A stretch of 63,939 nt of DNA, filler included, from Barthelona sp. PAP020 (Eukaryota), in assembly GCA_040182905.1 (NCBI GenBank). It is 3 parts of 3 records of this genome, joined end to end, with 100 filler letters (N's around TTAATTAATTAA, not from the genome) between each part and the next. Parts side by side here need not be neighbours in the genome. Positions count along the whole stretch, not along the records: positions 49,560 to 63,939 come from JARQWU010000301.1; 2 more parts are not named here. One strand, written 5' to 3'. This document shows, piece after piece, positions 54,083-63,939 of the stretch. Position 1 is the stretch's first letter, and each line of letters begins with the position of its first letter. The position numbers were made by a program, and so were the translations under genes. The notes under the pieces are model-generated. The model did no database searches and was not told the origin of the DNA. It saw only the letters and a program-made list of their open reading frames with translations.

Positions 54083-55300
54083 ATGGATGTAACTTTTGAA
54101 TTAAATGAATCAAATGAATTGATTAAAGAAAAGATTGAAAGTATTCTCTCCTTTAAAGTTGATGAAAGTAGGAAAAGGGTAATCAGTGATGCTTCTGGTT
54201 TTATGAATGATTTTATATATTCACCAGATAATAAATATTTAGTTATTGGTTCTAATTTAGGAAAAGTATATATAATTGATATAGAAACTGGAAAAGTCAG
54301 TCAAACTTTGGAAGATCACACCCAAGATATTTTTAGTGCTGTATTTTCTCAAAAAGGACAATATTTGGCGACTTGCTCTAGTGATAGGTCTATTATTATA
54401 TATGACGGTAAAGATTTCTCCATTATCAATAGACTAAACAATGATTGTGGTGTTGATGGAATTTGTTTTTCCCATTGTTCCAACTACATATATTCTGGGG
54501 ATGCTAGAGGAACTGTTAAGCAATGGGATATCAATAGTGGTTGTGTTCTTTTGGCAGAAGCAGTACATACACGGTGCATTTGGAAACTAAAAATTTCATT
54601 GGATGGAAAATATATTTTGAGTGGGAGTTATGGTGAAAAAATAGCTAGGTTGATTGATTCAGAAACTTTATCGACGATTTATAAGTTGAAACATGGCAAT
54701 CATACTCCAGCAATTGATTTTCATTCCACTAGTCGATCATTAGTTGTTGCTAAATCAAACATCGTCGAAATCTGGAATATTGACCATGATTCACTTCTTC
54801 ACACGTTAGACGTTGGAAAAGTTGTGTGTCATCTTCAATTCTTAACCTCAATTTTTTTATTGGTCATGTGTGTTGATGGTGACATTATTTCATACAATCT
54901 TGAGAGCTTTGAGGAGATCCAAAGGGTTCATCGTGGAGTAGACACTTTTTTCTCATTGGCTGTATCATTTGACAAGACACAGTTAGCCTGTGGAAGTCCT
55001 GTCAATTATTTGATTGAAACATATCCAATTGTTCGGTCTATTGAGCCTTCCCACCAAATGAAACTGATTAAGATGGCAAAAAACTATGGTTATGTGTTAA
55101 CGAATCTTGTTGACATGAATGTTGACATTTTCATTATTCGAAAATTGGTGGCTGCAGGAATTTACATGAATGAGCCTGATTTTAGTGCGGTATTTGACAC
55201 ATGTTGGGATTTGGTTGACATTAATGAAACCAATGGAGGAAATATGCATGAGTTTATAGATCAAGAAACCGACGAAAGTAATAAGGCAGATGACGACTAG
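54083..55300 (+). CDS. WD40-repeat protein with C-terminal NGGN domain (stand-alone paralog)
   Basis: LEDHTQDIFSAVFSQKGQYLATCSSDRSIIIY and GICFSHCSNYIYSGD align with the cassette WD40s; ends IIRKLVAAGIYMN...DINETNGGNMHEF. First ATG at 54083. Confidence 0.9.
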   Translation: MDVTFELNESNELIKEKIESILSFKVDESRKRVISDASGFMNDFIYSPDNKYLVIGSNLGKVYIIDIETGKVSQTLEDHTQDIFSAVFSQKGQYLATCSSDRSIIIYDGKDFSIINRLNNDCGVDGICFSHCSNYIYSGDARGTVKQWDINSGCVLLAEAVHTRCIWKLKISLDGKYILSGSYGEKIARLIDSETLSTIYKLKHGNHTPAIDFHSTSRSLVVAKSNIVEIWNIDHDSLLHTLDVGKVVCHLQFLTSIFLLVMCVDGDIISYNLESFEEIQRVHRGVDTFFSLAVSFDKTQLACGSPVNYLIETYPIVRSIEPSHQMKLIKMAKNYGYVLTNLVDMNVDIFIIRKLVAAGIYMNEPDFSAVFDTCWDLVDINETNGGNMHEFIDQETDESNKADDD

Positions 55301-55397
55301 TAGAAGTTTTGTATCTGCTGCTTAATTTAAAACATTGATTATTGTCATTGTGTTGAATTTATATTAAAAAAAAGAAATTTAAATTCAAAGTGTTTAT

Positions 55398-56285
55398 TTA
55401 ATTTGTTTTTTTGAGTGATTTGAAGAAATTCTCTGTTTTTTGTGCTGCTATCTCATTTGTTATGGTTTTTTGCTCCAAAAGATACTGATTTAAAACGTTT
55501 TCATGTGAAATAATAGTAGGATAATCTATTTTTTTCAGAAATTCCATCTCATAATCAACCTCTTTGAATAAATACTTTGGCAGTCTTGGTTGCTTTGTTT
55601 CTTCGAGAAAAAATTCACGATATTTCTCAATATTTTCTATATCTTCGTTTCTATCAGAACCACAATTGACTGATAAATTAAATAGGTCATCAAATTCTTC
55701 AATAGAAAAATTATCTTCTGAAAATACAAATTCGTCAATAGATTTTATGGTTTTAATACTCATATTTACAATTGAACAATGAAATCTAATGAAACATGTC
55801 AAATAATCATATAAATTTGAAAAGTTTTTAATTTTCTCTTCAAATACAATCGAAGAATAATTATTTACAAGAAGCAAGTGATTTTTAATTTGTTCAAAAC
55901 TCTTAATTTTTTGAATATTTTGTAAATCTATACACCATTTTGGCAATAAATCAATTTCTTCAATTTCACTTAAATCTATCAATAAATAACAATTAATAGT
56001 TTTAAATAAAAGTTGAGATTTTTCTAAAAGTTCTAACAATGCAGGGAAAATAAAAATTTCATTGATAAAACAAAAATGAATTAAATCATTCTTTTTCTCT
56101 TTGATATTTAATATTTCAAATTCACTAGGTATATTTAATTGGATAGTTTCATGTTTTTGCGATATTTTTGACATGAATTGATTCTTTAACAATAAATTAC
56201 TTCCAATGACTATCATCAATTCATTTGATCTTTCTTCTGGTTCCTGAGAACAACTTTTAACAAATTCATTCAGAATAAATGTCAT
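55398..56285 (-). CDS. Dynein light intermediate chain-like (DYNC2LI1-like), divergent
   Basis: Degenerate P-loop region IVIGSNLLLKNQFMSKI, LLIDLS, FIRFHCSIVNMSI and LSVNCGSDRNEDI resemble DLIC motifs (LDLS, LRF.AH..GASL, IPAGxDS...I). Confidence 0.55.
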   Translation of the reverse strand: MTFILNEFVKSCSQEPEERSNELMIVIGSNLLLKNQFMSKISQKHETIQLNIPSEFEILNIKEKKNDLIHFCFINEIFIFPALLELLEKSQLLFKTINCYLLIDLSEIEEIDLLPKWCIDLQNIQKIKSFEQIKNHLLLVNNYSSIVFEEKIKNFSNLYDYLTCFIRFHCSIVNMSIKTIKSIDEFVFSEDNFSIEEFDDLFNLSVNCGSDRNEDIENIEKYREFFLEETKQPRLPKYLFKEVDYEMEFLKKIDYPTIISHENVLNQYLLEQKTITNEIAAQKTENFFKSLKKTN

Positions 56286-56457
56286 TAATTCTTGACATCA
56301 AAAAAATTGTATAATGATTTATTTTACTGTTTACATCATTTCATTTCAAGTGTACTTTTTTTTCAGCATTAATAAAAGATTTGAGTTTCAATTCCAACCA
56401 AAGGTCAATGATGGTCAATAATAGTACCCTCTATTTTTCACTGTAGTGTATTGATAT

Positions 56458-57948
56458 ATGGTATTTGTAGGATCAATTGATCAAGGAACTACTTCTTCAC
56501 GTTTCATAATTTTTGATGAAAATGCAAATCCTGTTGTGTTGAAACAAAGGCAACATCAACAATTTTATCCAACTCCTGGTTGGTGTGAGCATGATCCTAT
56601 GGAGATAATGAATAACTGTTGGGAGTTGATGGAAGAAGCAATCCTTGAATTAAAGAAAAATTTTGGAGATAATGCAACAATTTGCAGTATTGGAATTACT
56701 AATCAACGTGAAACTACTATTATTTGGGACAAATTAAGTGGTAAGCCTGTTTATAACTCTATTGTTTGGTTGGATGTTAGAACCAAAGATATTGTCGATA
56801 AAATGATTCAAAAGTATAAGAGTAATGATCACTTTATCCCTTTGACCGGTTTACCTATTTCTACTTATTTTTCCGCTTTCAAATTGAAATGGATAATTGA
56901 AAATGTGGATGGGATTAAAGAAGGGTTGGAACAAGGCAAATATTTGTTTGGTACAGTAGATTCTTGGTTAATTTGGAATTTGACTGGTGGTGTTCATTGT
57001 ACTGATGTAACCAACGCATCTAGAACATTCTTGATGGATATCAAAAGTGGTCAATGGTCTGGTGAAATGCTTGAAGTTTTTAATGTTCCTGCTGTTTGCC
57101 TACCTTCAATTGTTTCATGTGCTCAAGTTTATGGTAGTGTTGTTCGAGGGTCTTTACGTGGTGTTCCAGTGTCTGGTTGTATTGGAGATCAACAAGGATC
57201 ATTAGTTGGACAAGGTTGTTTGTCAAAAGGACTTGCCAAATCCACATATGGTTCTGGTGCATTTTTGCTTTTAAATGTTGGAGATACACCAACCTTCAGT
57301 GAACATGGACTGTTAACCACTGTTGGTTATCAATTTGGAGAGCACTCAAAACGTTGTTATGCTCTAGAAGGTAGTATAGCAATTGCTGGTCAGAGTCTTG
57401 AATTTTTGAAGAACAATCTTCGTTTATACGATGATATCTCTGAGGTAGATAGCTTGGCAGGCGAATGCGTTGATACTAGAGGGGTTGTTTTTGTCCCTGC
57501 CTTTTCTGGACTCTTTGCCCCTCGTTGGAGACCTGATGCCAGAGGGGTGATTGTGGGTATGACTCAATATACCACTAGAAGTCATATTTTACGAGCTGCC
57601 TATGAAGCTATGGCTTTTCAAACTTTGGACGTTTTCAAAGCAATGGAAACATCTGTTGATGATTTAGAGTTGGCGGCTTTATTTATTGATGGTGGTGTTA
57701 CCAAAAGCAGTTTATTGCCAAATATTTTGAGTGAAGTATTGGGAAAGAAAGTATCAAAGTGTTTGATGCCTGAGGCCACAGCTTGGGGAGCTGCTTTTTG
57801 TGCTTTAGTTGGTGTTCAGATATTTGATGAACATACCAAAATTAACATGAAAAGAACTGATTGTTTGCCCAAACAAGATGAAAAATGGAGAGCTACAATG
57901 GTTCACAAATGGCAAGATGCAATTCAAAGGTCATTAAATCTTGCTTGA
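56458..57948 (+). CDS. glpK: Glycerol kinase (FGGY family)
   Basis: DQGTTSSR, GITNQRETTIIWD, TYFSAFKLKW, FGTVDSWL, TDVTNASRT, GDQQ, YALEGSIAIAG, VPAFSGLFAPRW. Confidence 0.97.
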   Translation: MVFVGSIDQGTTSSRFIIFDENANPVVLKQRQHQQFYPTPGWCEHDPMEIMNNCWELMEEAILELKKNFGDNATICSIGITNQRETTIIWDKLSGKPVYNSIVWLDVRTKDIVDKMIQKYKSNDHFIPLTGLPISTYFSAFKLKWIIENVDGIKEGLEQGKYLFGTVDSWLIWNLTGGVHCTDVTNASRTFLMDIKSGQWSGEMLEVFNVPAVCLPSIVSCAQVYGSVVRGSLRGVPVSGCIGDQQGSLVGQGCLSKGLAKSTYGSGAFLLLNVGDTPTFSEHGLLTTVGYQFGEHSKRCYALEGSIAIAGQSLEFLKNNLRLYDDISEVDSLAGECVDTRGVVFVPAFSGLFAPRWRPDARGVIVGMTQYTTRSHILRAAYEAMAFQTLDVFKAMETSVDDLELAALFIDGGVTKSSLLPNILSEVLGKKVSKCLMPEATAWGAAFCALVGVQIFDEHTKINMKRTDCLPKQDEKWRATMVHKWQDAIQRSLNLA

Positions 57949-58215
57949 GCTGGTTGTTATTTTCTATGTCTCATGTCTCATGTATCATGTGTTGTGTCTT
58001 TATAATTCAGGTGAATGTAAATGTAAAATACCATTTTTTTTTTCTTGATGGTTTAGAAAAATTGTTGTTTTTTGAAAAAAATTTTGGCAGCTTCTCTCAT
58101 CTTTAAAAATATAAATTTATTGTGTGCTAATGTGTTAAGGTGGGTGTTGGGGAAAAGAGAAAAGAAAGAAAAAAAGGCTTCAAACTCTTTTTTTCAGGTT
58201 TGTTCAAATTTTTAA

Positions 58216-59964
58216 ATGTTTTGGGGCATTAAATTGTATCCAGATCAAGATTATGTTCAAAACATTCCATCAAATTGTGAATTAGTATTGTGTAGTGGAT
58301 GTTGTGAACAAAATTATAAGAATTTTGATTGTACAATTCAAATAATTGTTAAACGTTGGATTAGAGAAACTCAACATTCAATAGTTATTGGTGTTTTAGA
58401 TAGAAATACAAAGTATTTAAATTTGTCACATGTTTTTTCTGAAGATGAAAATATTATCTTCAGTGTTTCTTGTAGTAATGAACATAATGAACAAGATGTA
58501 TGTTGTGTTGTTCATTTATCTGGGTATTTGAAAGAATCTTCCCTTCCAACTTCTCTCATTCCCACCACTCAATCGATAAAAGAAATAATGAAAGCAGGGA
58601 TTGCCGAATTATTATTATCCCATAAAGTTCACAAGACCAAGTTGATTGTTCATCGTTGTAGAATGGCTTTGCCTACCATTGAAATTGAAGTCACGAAGTT
58701 TGATGATTTGTTCAGTGTTGAAAAGCAAATAATGAAGAAGATATTCAAACATGAAAAAGAGCAACCCTTGCAATGGAGGTTAAGGAGACTTGCTAAGAGA
58801 AGAAATGGAACGCTTAGACCTTATGAGATTCTGCCAAAATCTGTATATCATCTGACTTTAAGCCAATTAGAGCTTTCTAAATTGAATAACGAGTTTTTAA
58901 TCTATCTTGAGCAGGATTCCCCTGCATTCCCTTTGAGTATGGAATTGGACGACAGCGAAAATCCTTTGTTTTTGACGTTGAGGTTTTTTAATCCATTTTT
59001 ACGAGAGGATGAATCATATATTAGGGATCTGACCAGTATATCTATCAGTTCTATCATTACGTTGCTTGATTTGAAGGAATATATTTGTACTTCAATATTG
59101 CCAGAATTGTTAGTTGAAGAAGTTGTTCTTTGTGATCAGGAAACTGATCATAATGCCAGAATTTTGAATGGTGACCACATGACACTCCAACAGCATTTAT
59201 TGACTATGGGAGATATTGTTGTAATCGAAAGAAAACGGTTTGGACACAAATGCGAGGAAGATCAACCCACCGTTTCATTATTGGATAAGGTGTTGAAGGG
59301 TGAACAATTATCAGAGGAAGAATTGAAGGAAATTCCTGTATTTGGATATTATGTCAATGAAGAGAGCAGTTCAGATACTACAGATGTGGAGGAAAGCAGT
59401 GATGTTGAAAGCGCTTCCATTAATATACCTGGAGTTATGGATGAAGTAGACACCGTTGATAGTGATAGTTTTGAAACCGAATCAATCGAAAGAGTAAATG
59501 AACAAGAACATCCAGAAAGTCTTGATCAAATAGAGGATACAGATCAAAGCCAAACAATAGAAAAAATCGAAGACACTGCTGATTTATTGGAAGATCTTCT
59601 TGAAGATGAATCGAGTGTTTGCGGTTCCGACACAGATGTAAATTCTAGTCATTTTGTTGATGAACCATGTGAGAGCCCTTCATATAGTCCTATGCATAAT
59701 CAAACAATCAATTTGGATTTAAACAAATCTTTGGATCAAGAAATAGATGATTTACTTGATATTGATAAACAAATGATTGTAAATGACCGTCAGTTGATTG
59801 ATTCAAGTGATGAAGATAGTGAACTTGATGAAGAAGATGGTAAATTGCTTTTTTCAAGTGAAAATATTGATATTATAGAGTCTAAATCTAATGAAGAACC
59901 AATCCCAAAGGTAATTCGTCCATTTCCTGTGATTGTTGAATCTCCAACTAAGAATCAAGAATAA
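58216..59964 (+). CDS. Nucleoplasmin-like (NPL) domain + ubiquitin-like domains (USP7 C-terminal-like) + acidic tail
   Basis: MFWGIKL...LNLSHVF...VHLSGYL (FKBP39/HD2-type NPL); WRL...RRNGTLRP, IYLE, LFLTLRFFNP, TLQQHLLTMGDIVVIE (USP7 UBL-like); D/E/S-rich C-terminus. Confidence 0.7.
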   Translation: MFWGIKLYPDQDYVQNIPSNCELVLCSGCCEQNYKNFDCTIQIIVKRWIRETQHSIVIGVLDRNTKYLNLSHVFSEDENIIFSVSCSNEHNEQDVCCVVHLSGYLKESSLPTSLIPTTQSIKEIMKAGIAELLLSHKVHKTKLIVHRCRMALPTIEIEVTKFDDLFSVEKQIMKKIFKHEKEQPLQWRLRRLAKRRNGTLRPYEILPKSVYHLTLSQLELSKLNNEFLIYLEQDSPAFPLSMELDDSENPLFLTLRFFNPFLREDESYIRDLTSISISSIITLLDLKEYICTSILPELLVEEVVLCDQETDHNARILNGDHMTLQQHLLTMGDIVVIERKRFGHKCEEDQPTVSLLDKVLKGEQLSEEELKEIPVFGYYVNEESSSDTTDVEESSDVESASINIPGVMDEVDTVDSDSFETESIERVNEQEHPESLDQIEDTDQSQTIEKIEDTADLLEDLLEDESSVCGSDTDVNSSHFVDEPCESPSYSPMHNQTINLDLNKSLDQEIDDLLDIDKQMIVNDRQLIDSSDEDSELDEEDGKLLFSSENIDIIESKSNEEPIPKVIRPFPVIVESPTKNQE

Positions 59965-60227
59965 TGTGTAAATCCTTTTATTTTTGTTGTTTTTATCAAT
60001 TTAATTTGTGATTTTCAATTCAATAGCTTATATTTCATAGCAAAATTACATGTGAAGATAATTGGTGATAATTTGTGCAAAGTGATTTATCCAATTGTTT
60101 AATATCAATCAAATTGCTATTTATATTAATTGATTTTGTTAATTTTTAACAAATATCAACAATTGTCTTCAAATTTCAAAAGAAATGTTTTTTTTCTCAT
60201 TCAGATAAATTCAATTTTTTTTTAAAA

Positions 60228-61376
60228 ATGAAATTTCTTTTAACCATATTATTATTAACCTTATTTATTACAGTTAATTGTGAGTATTTTTTAAAAACTT
60301 TAGTTTTGGTAAGTCGTCATGCTGACAGAAGTCCTTTAGGAAATTATATTGCTGGAAAAGAGTATAATTATGAATGGGATTGTGATTTAACCAATTTTTT
60401 TAGTGTTCATTCAAATGATCATCAATCCACACGTAGATTGGCGAGAGTTTGGGATAAAAATGAACAATATTTGGCAGGAACTTGTTTTATGGGACAATTA
60501 ACGAGTGTTGGAGCAAATCAACATTCCAAATTAGGGAGTAATTTAAGACAAAAATATGGACTTTTCTTGCCAATGCAATATAATTCAAGAGACGTCAATG
60601 TACATGCTTCAATGGTCGAAAGAACTCAAGTTTCTGCATATTTTTCTCTTTTGAGTTTGTTTCCTGATGACCCAGAAGAAACCATTGATATCCACATTAA
60701 AGACAGTTTGGTTGATTATGTTGATCCATGGAGCTTTAGTAAAAATTGTCCCAAGTTTCAAAAGACTTATAATGAAATAAAGAATGGCAAAGAGTATATG
60801 AGTTTAGAGCAACATCTCACTGACAAGTACAAAGCTTTTTTGAAAGATCTCTATGATATTGATGTTTCGTTGGAGACTGATTTTGTGACACTTGCTGATT
60901 TTTGGCGTTGTGTTGAGGCCCATGGTTTTGATTTCCCAAAAAAAATCACCAATGAGATTCTCACAGACATTTGGAACGTCACTACAAAACAAATAAACTT
61001 ATTTTCTGAGAATGATACCACTTTGAGATTGAGTATTGGTCGATTATTTGGGCATATTATTGATAGGTTGGATAACGTGATTAATGGTGAGGAAAAGTAT
61101 AAGTTTACTTTCTACAGTGGTCATGATTCAACAATTCAGCCAATGAGATCTGTTTTACAAATGAATAATGATGAATGGCCTCCATATGCTTCTCATTTTG
61201 TTTTTGAACTTCATGAAAACAGTGACGACAATTTGTATTATGTACGAGTTTTTTTCCAAGATAATGTGGTCAAAGTTCCTGAATGTGGCAATGTTGATTT
61301 TTGTGAATACACTAAATTCAAAAGTTTCATTCAGAAATTTGTACCTGATATTACCACTGAATGTAAGATCAATTGA
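60228..61376 (+). CDS. Secreted/lysosomal histidine acid phosphatase
   Basis: Signal peptide MKFLLTILLLTLFITVNC; RHADRSP active-site motif, GQLT..G..Q...LG..LR..Y, ERTQVSA, YSGHDSTI, WPPYAS. Confidence 0.93.
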   Translation: MKFLLTILLLTLFITVNCEYFLKTLVLVSRHADRSPLGNYIAGKEYNYEWDCDLTNFFSVHSNDHQSTRRLARVWDKNEQYLAGTCFMGQLTSVGANQHSKLGSNLRQKYGLFLPMQYNSRDVNVHASMVERTQVSAYFSLLSLFPDDPEETIDIHIKDSLVDYVDPWSFSKNCPKFQKTYNEIKNGKEYMSLEQHLTDKYKAFLKDLYDIDVSLETDFVTLADFWRCVEAHGFDFPKKITNEILTDIWNVTTKQINLFSENDTTLRLSIGRLFGHIIDRLDNVINGEEKYKFTFYSGHDSTIQPMRSVLQMNNDEWPPYASHFVFELHENSDDNLYYVRVFFQDNVVKVPECGNVDFCEYTKFKSFIQKFVPDITTECKIN

Positions 61377-61747
61377 TATTTGAAATCTTTACACTTTATT
61401 ATTGTTTTGAATACGTAAATATTTTTGTTATATTCTAATTTTATTTTCCAAAATTTTAAGAAGGAAATAATTTTTAAATCTTTTTCATTTCTACTGAAAT
61501 TTAAAGAAAGAATTACAGGCAATTAAATGTAATAAGTAAATATATTTATTTGAGCAATTTATGTTGATGTTCTTAAAAATGAAAGAAATACATAAATAGA
61601 AAAAAATCTTTTAACTCCTCTTCTTTTTTATAAAATTGTTAAATTGAAGTAAATATATGCTTTAAGGTAATTTAATAAATAAAAATAAATGAATAATCAA
61701 AAATGATCTTTCCAAAATATTTTTTATTTTAGTTTTGATTGTGGAAA

Positions 61748-63939
61748 ATGTCCACGTCCAGAAAAATTATTCATTCATTTGATGCAAAATGGAAATCAGA
61801 GTCAAAAAAGAATATTCCATCAGAATATAATCCAAAAAAGTTTGCTGCTTTTTGTCAATTTGGTGATCAGATAGCTTTATTTGGTGGTTTTGAAAAAAAA
61901 GAAGATGTTACAAGTTCTTTGGTATTGATTGGAACCAATGATTCATATTTATATTTGGAAGATTTTGCCGAAAATCATTTGATTGATATTTATGCAAGAA
62001 TAGGTGCTAGTATGGTTAAATATAAAGATGATGATGATAATGAATATTTAATGATTTATGGTGGTTGTAATGCCAACAAAATCGTTTGTGGTGATTTATT
62101 TGGTATTAGTTTGAAGGATTTTAGCATTATTGATTTTCCCATAAATATTTCAAGTCGAGATGTACTTCAGAATTTTCCTGAAAATTGGAAAATTAAACGA
62201 ACTTTTTTTGGTTCACCAGTTTCATCGATTCCTACTTGGGGTCATTCCATGTGTATGTGGAAACAGTATTTGATTGTCTTTGGAGGATGTTCAAGTACGT
62301 TTTCTTTGGATTTGTCGGGAAAGATGGAAGTTACGAATCAATTGTTGGTTATTGATTTAGAAACGTTCAGTAATGTTTTGGTTGATGCTCAAAATATGCC
62401 TTCTAGAAGGTGTTTTCATTCATGCTTTATATATCAAGATAAAATGTATGTTTATGGTGGTTTTGATTCGAAAGGTATGTCTCTTGGTGATTTTCATGTT
62501 TTGAACTTGATTGGAATGAAGTGGGCACCACTTGTGGCAAACCATAATGAAATGCAACCACGTCATGCTGCAATATCGGTACCATTTACTTATAATAATC
62601 AAAAATTATGGCTTATTCATGGTGGTGTGCAGAACTCATATGATTCTACAACTTTTTTCAATGATCTTTGGGTGTTTGTCCCAAATTATCGTGGTCAAAC
62701 AAAATTAATAATGGTTAATGAGCATTTAGAAGATGTAAATACAGAGAAACATGATTCTCCATTTATTTGGGGAGGTTATGGTGCATATAATGAGTTAAAT
62801 CAAGAGTTTTTTCTTTTCCCTGGACAAATAGAGAACAGCTTAAAGTACGATTTTTTTTATAAGTTTGAACTGTTAAACAATGTGAAGACATTGGTGCCTC
62901 TTACACCTAACAAAGTACGTAAGGATACTACTAGGAAGAATAGAAAATTGAACACACCAGACAAAGATGTTTTAGAAGAGTTAGTAGATATGCTAAGGTT
63001 GAAAATTGCATTGGAAGAAGAATTAAGAGAAGAAAAAGAGAAAAATGAACGTTTGACGGAAGAAATTGATTATCTGAAAGGGATTACCGATAATTTTGAG
63101 GAGAATGAATTAACTCCTTTGAGAACTGCATTACGTAATAAGGAAAATGAGTGCTTAAGTGAAATCGCGCGTTTGGAAGAGTTAATCAATGATTTATCGA
63201 TTGAAAGAGATGATTTTGAAAGTCAATTACAAGAAAAGAATGAGCAAACGAAGAATAATTTGCTAGAAAATGCCAAGAATTTGGATGAGATAAGAAGCTT
63301 AAATGATGAGTTAAGTGTAATGAAAGCAAAGAATACACAATTTCAAGAAGAAATTGATAATAAAAAAAAGGAATTGAATGAAAAAGAAAACCTAGCAATG
63401 GAATTAGAAGATGCTAAAGCTAAGATTTTGGAATTGGAAAAAGATATCTTGATTCAATCTACTTGTGTTGTTGAATTAAGGGATAAAGTTAAATTAGGTG
63501 AAGAGGCTGCTGTTTTACAAGATATTGAGATGAAAAATTTAGTAATGCAAGTAAAATCTTTGTCAAATGCTAATGAAAAATTTATTGAGGAAAATCAAGA
63601 GATGAAACACACCAATTTGAATTTGGTTGAAGAAATTGCTGGTTTTCAAAAGGAAATTGAGGAAATGTCATCAAAAGTAGTGTATTATGAAGGTAAAACG
63701 AATGAAACTAATGATTTAATCAATCAATTGGAAAAGAACTGTATGCTTTTGAAGTCTCAATTGAATGAGAAGCATTTAGAAGGTGAAGAACAACAAAATG
63801 AATTTAAAGCACAGATCAAGGTTCTTCAAGAGGCTATTGAAGCTAAATCAAAGAATATTGATGAACAAGCTGAAGAAATTAAGAATCTTCAAGAGGCTGT
63901 TACTGAAAGGGAACACCATATTTCTGCTTTAGAAAATGA
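61748..63939 (+). CDS. Kelch-repeat protein with long coiled coil (3'-truncated by window end; absent from ORF track)
   Basis: ATG 61748 MSTSRKIIHSF..., kelch motifs IALFGGF, LMIYGGC, GHSMC...LIVFGGC, PSRRCFHSC...MYVYGGF, LIHGGV, then E/K/L heptads; frame runs to the last base. Confidence 0.9.
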   Translation, partial: MSTSRKIIHSFDAKWKSESKKNIPSEYNPKKFAAFCQFGDQIALFGGFEKKEDVTSSLVLIGTNDSYLYLEDFAENHLIDIYARIGASMVKYKDDDDNEYLMIYGGCNANKIVCGDLFGISLKDFSIIDFPINISSRDVLQNFPENWKIKRTFFGSPVSSIPTWGHSMCMWKQYLIVFGGCSSTFSLDLSGKMEVTNQLLVIDLETFSNVLVDAQNMPSRRCFHSCFIYQDKMYVYGGFDSKGMSLGDFHVLNLIGMKWAPLVANHNEMQPRHAAISVPFTYNNQKLWLIHGGVQNSYDSTTFFNDLWVFVPNYRGQTKLIMVNEHLEDVNTEKHDSPFIWGGYGAYNELNQEFFLFPGQIENSLKYDFFYKFELLNNVKTLVPLTPNKVRKDTTRKNRKLNTPDKDVLEELVDMLRLKIALEEELREEKEKNERLTEEIDYLKGITDNFEENELTPLRTALRNKENECLSEIARLEELINDLSIERDDFESQLQEKNEQTKNNLLENAKNLDEIRSLNDELSVMKAKNTQFQEEIDNKKKELNEKENLAMELEDAKAKILELEKDILIQSTCVVELRDKVKLGEEAAVLQDIEMKNLVMQVKSLSNANEKFIEENQEMKHTNLNLVEEIAGFQKEIEEMSSKVVYYEGKTNETNDLINQLEKNCMLLKSQLNEKHLEGEEQQNEFKAQIKVLQEAIEAKSKNIDEQAEEIKNLQEAVTEREHHISALEN

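Overview
AT-rich, gene-dense eukaryotic (protist) DNA. All recognisable genes are intronless and use the standard code (TAA, TAG and TGA all end intact genes). Flagellum-associated genes (CDK20-like, dynein light-intermediate-chain-like, TTLL, LRRC43-like) plus Arp2/3, Vps39-like and alpha-SNAP point to a divergent flagellate, possibly a metamonad (inference only). The backbone carries a giant HECT ligase, Vps39-like, ARPC2, UTP18, alpha-SNAP, kinesin, glycerol kinase, acid phosphatase, a kelch/coiled-coil gene and tRNA-Lys(UUU). Two 100-nt assembly gaps are present. The most interesting signal is an unrecognised ~390-bp repeat (A+B; 3 full copies plus 2 A-only ends). It has asymmetric subterminal inverted repeats, T-rich flanks and an internal ~135-nt multi-hairpin domain with wobble/compensatory substitutions. 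These ends bracket a duplicated cassette (16944-21132 and 34590-37336) carrying WD40 genes. The two WD40 copies differ mostly at a few recurring positions per blade. They share an unrecognised helical 'NGGN' domain with two other genes in the window and with a decayed downstream extension of the first copy. Together this suggests a mobile-element-spread, diversifying receptor family. A 125-bp-period array of a 29-bp palindrome and several unusual domain fusions or a possible pseudo-enzyme are also reported.
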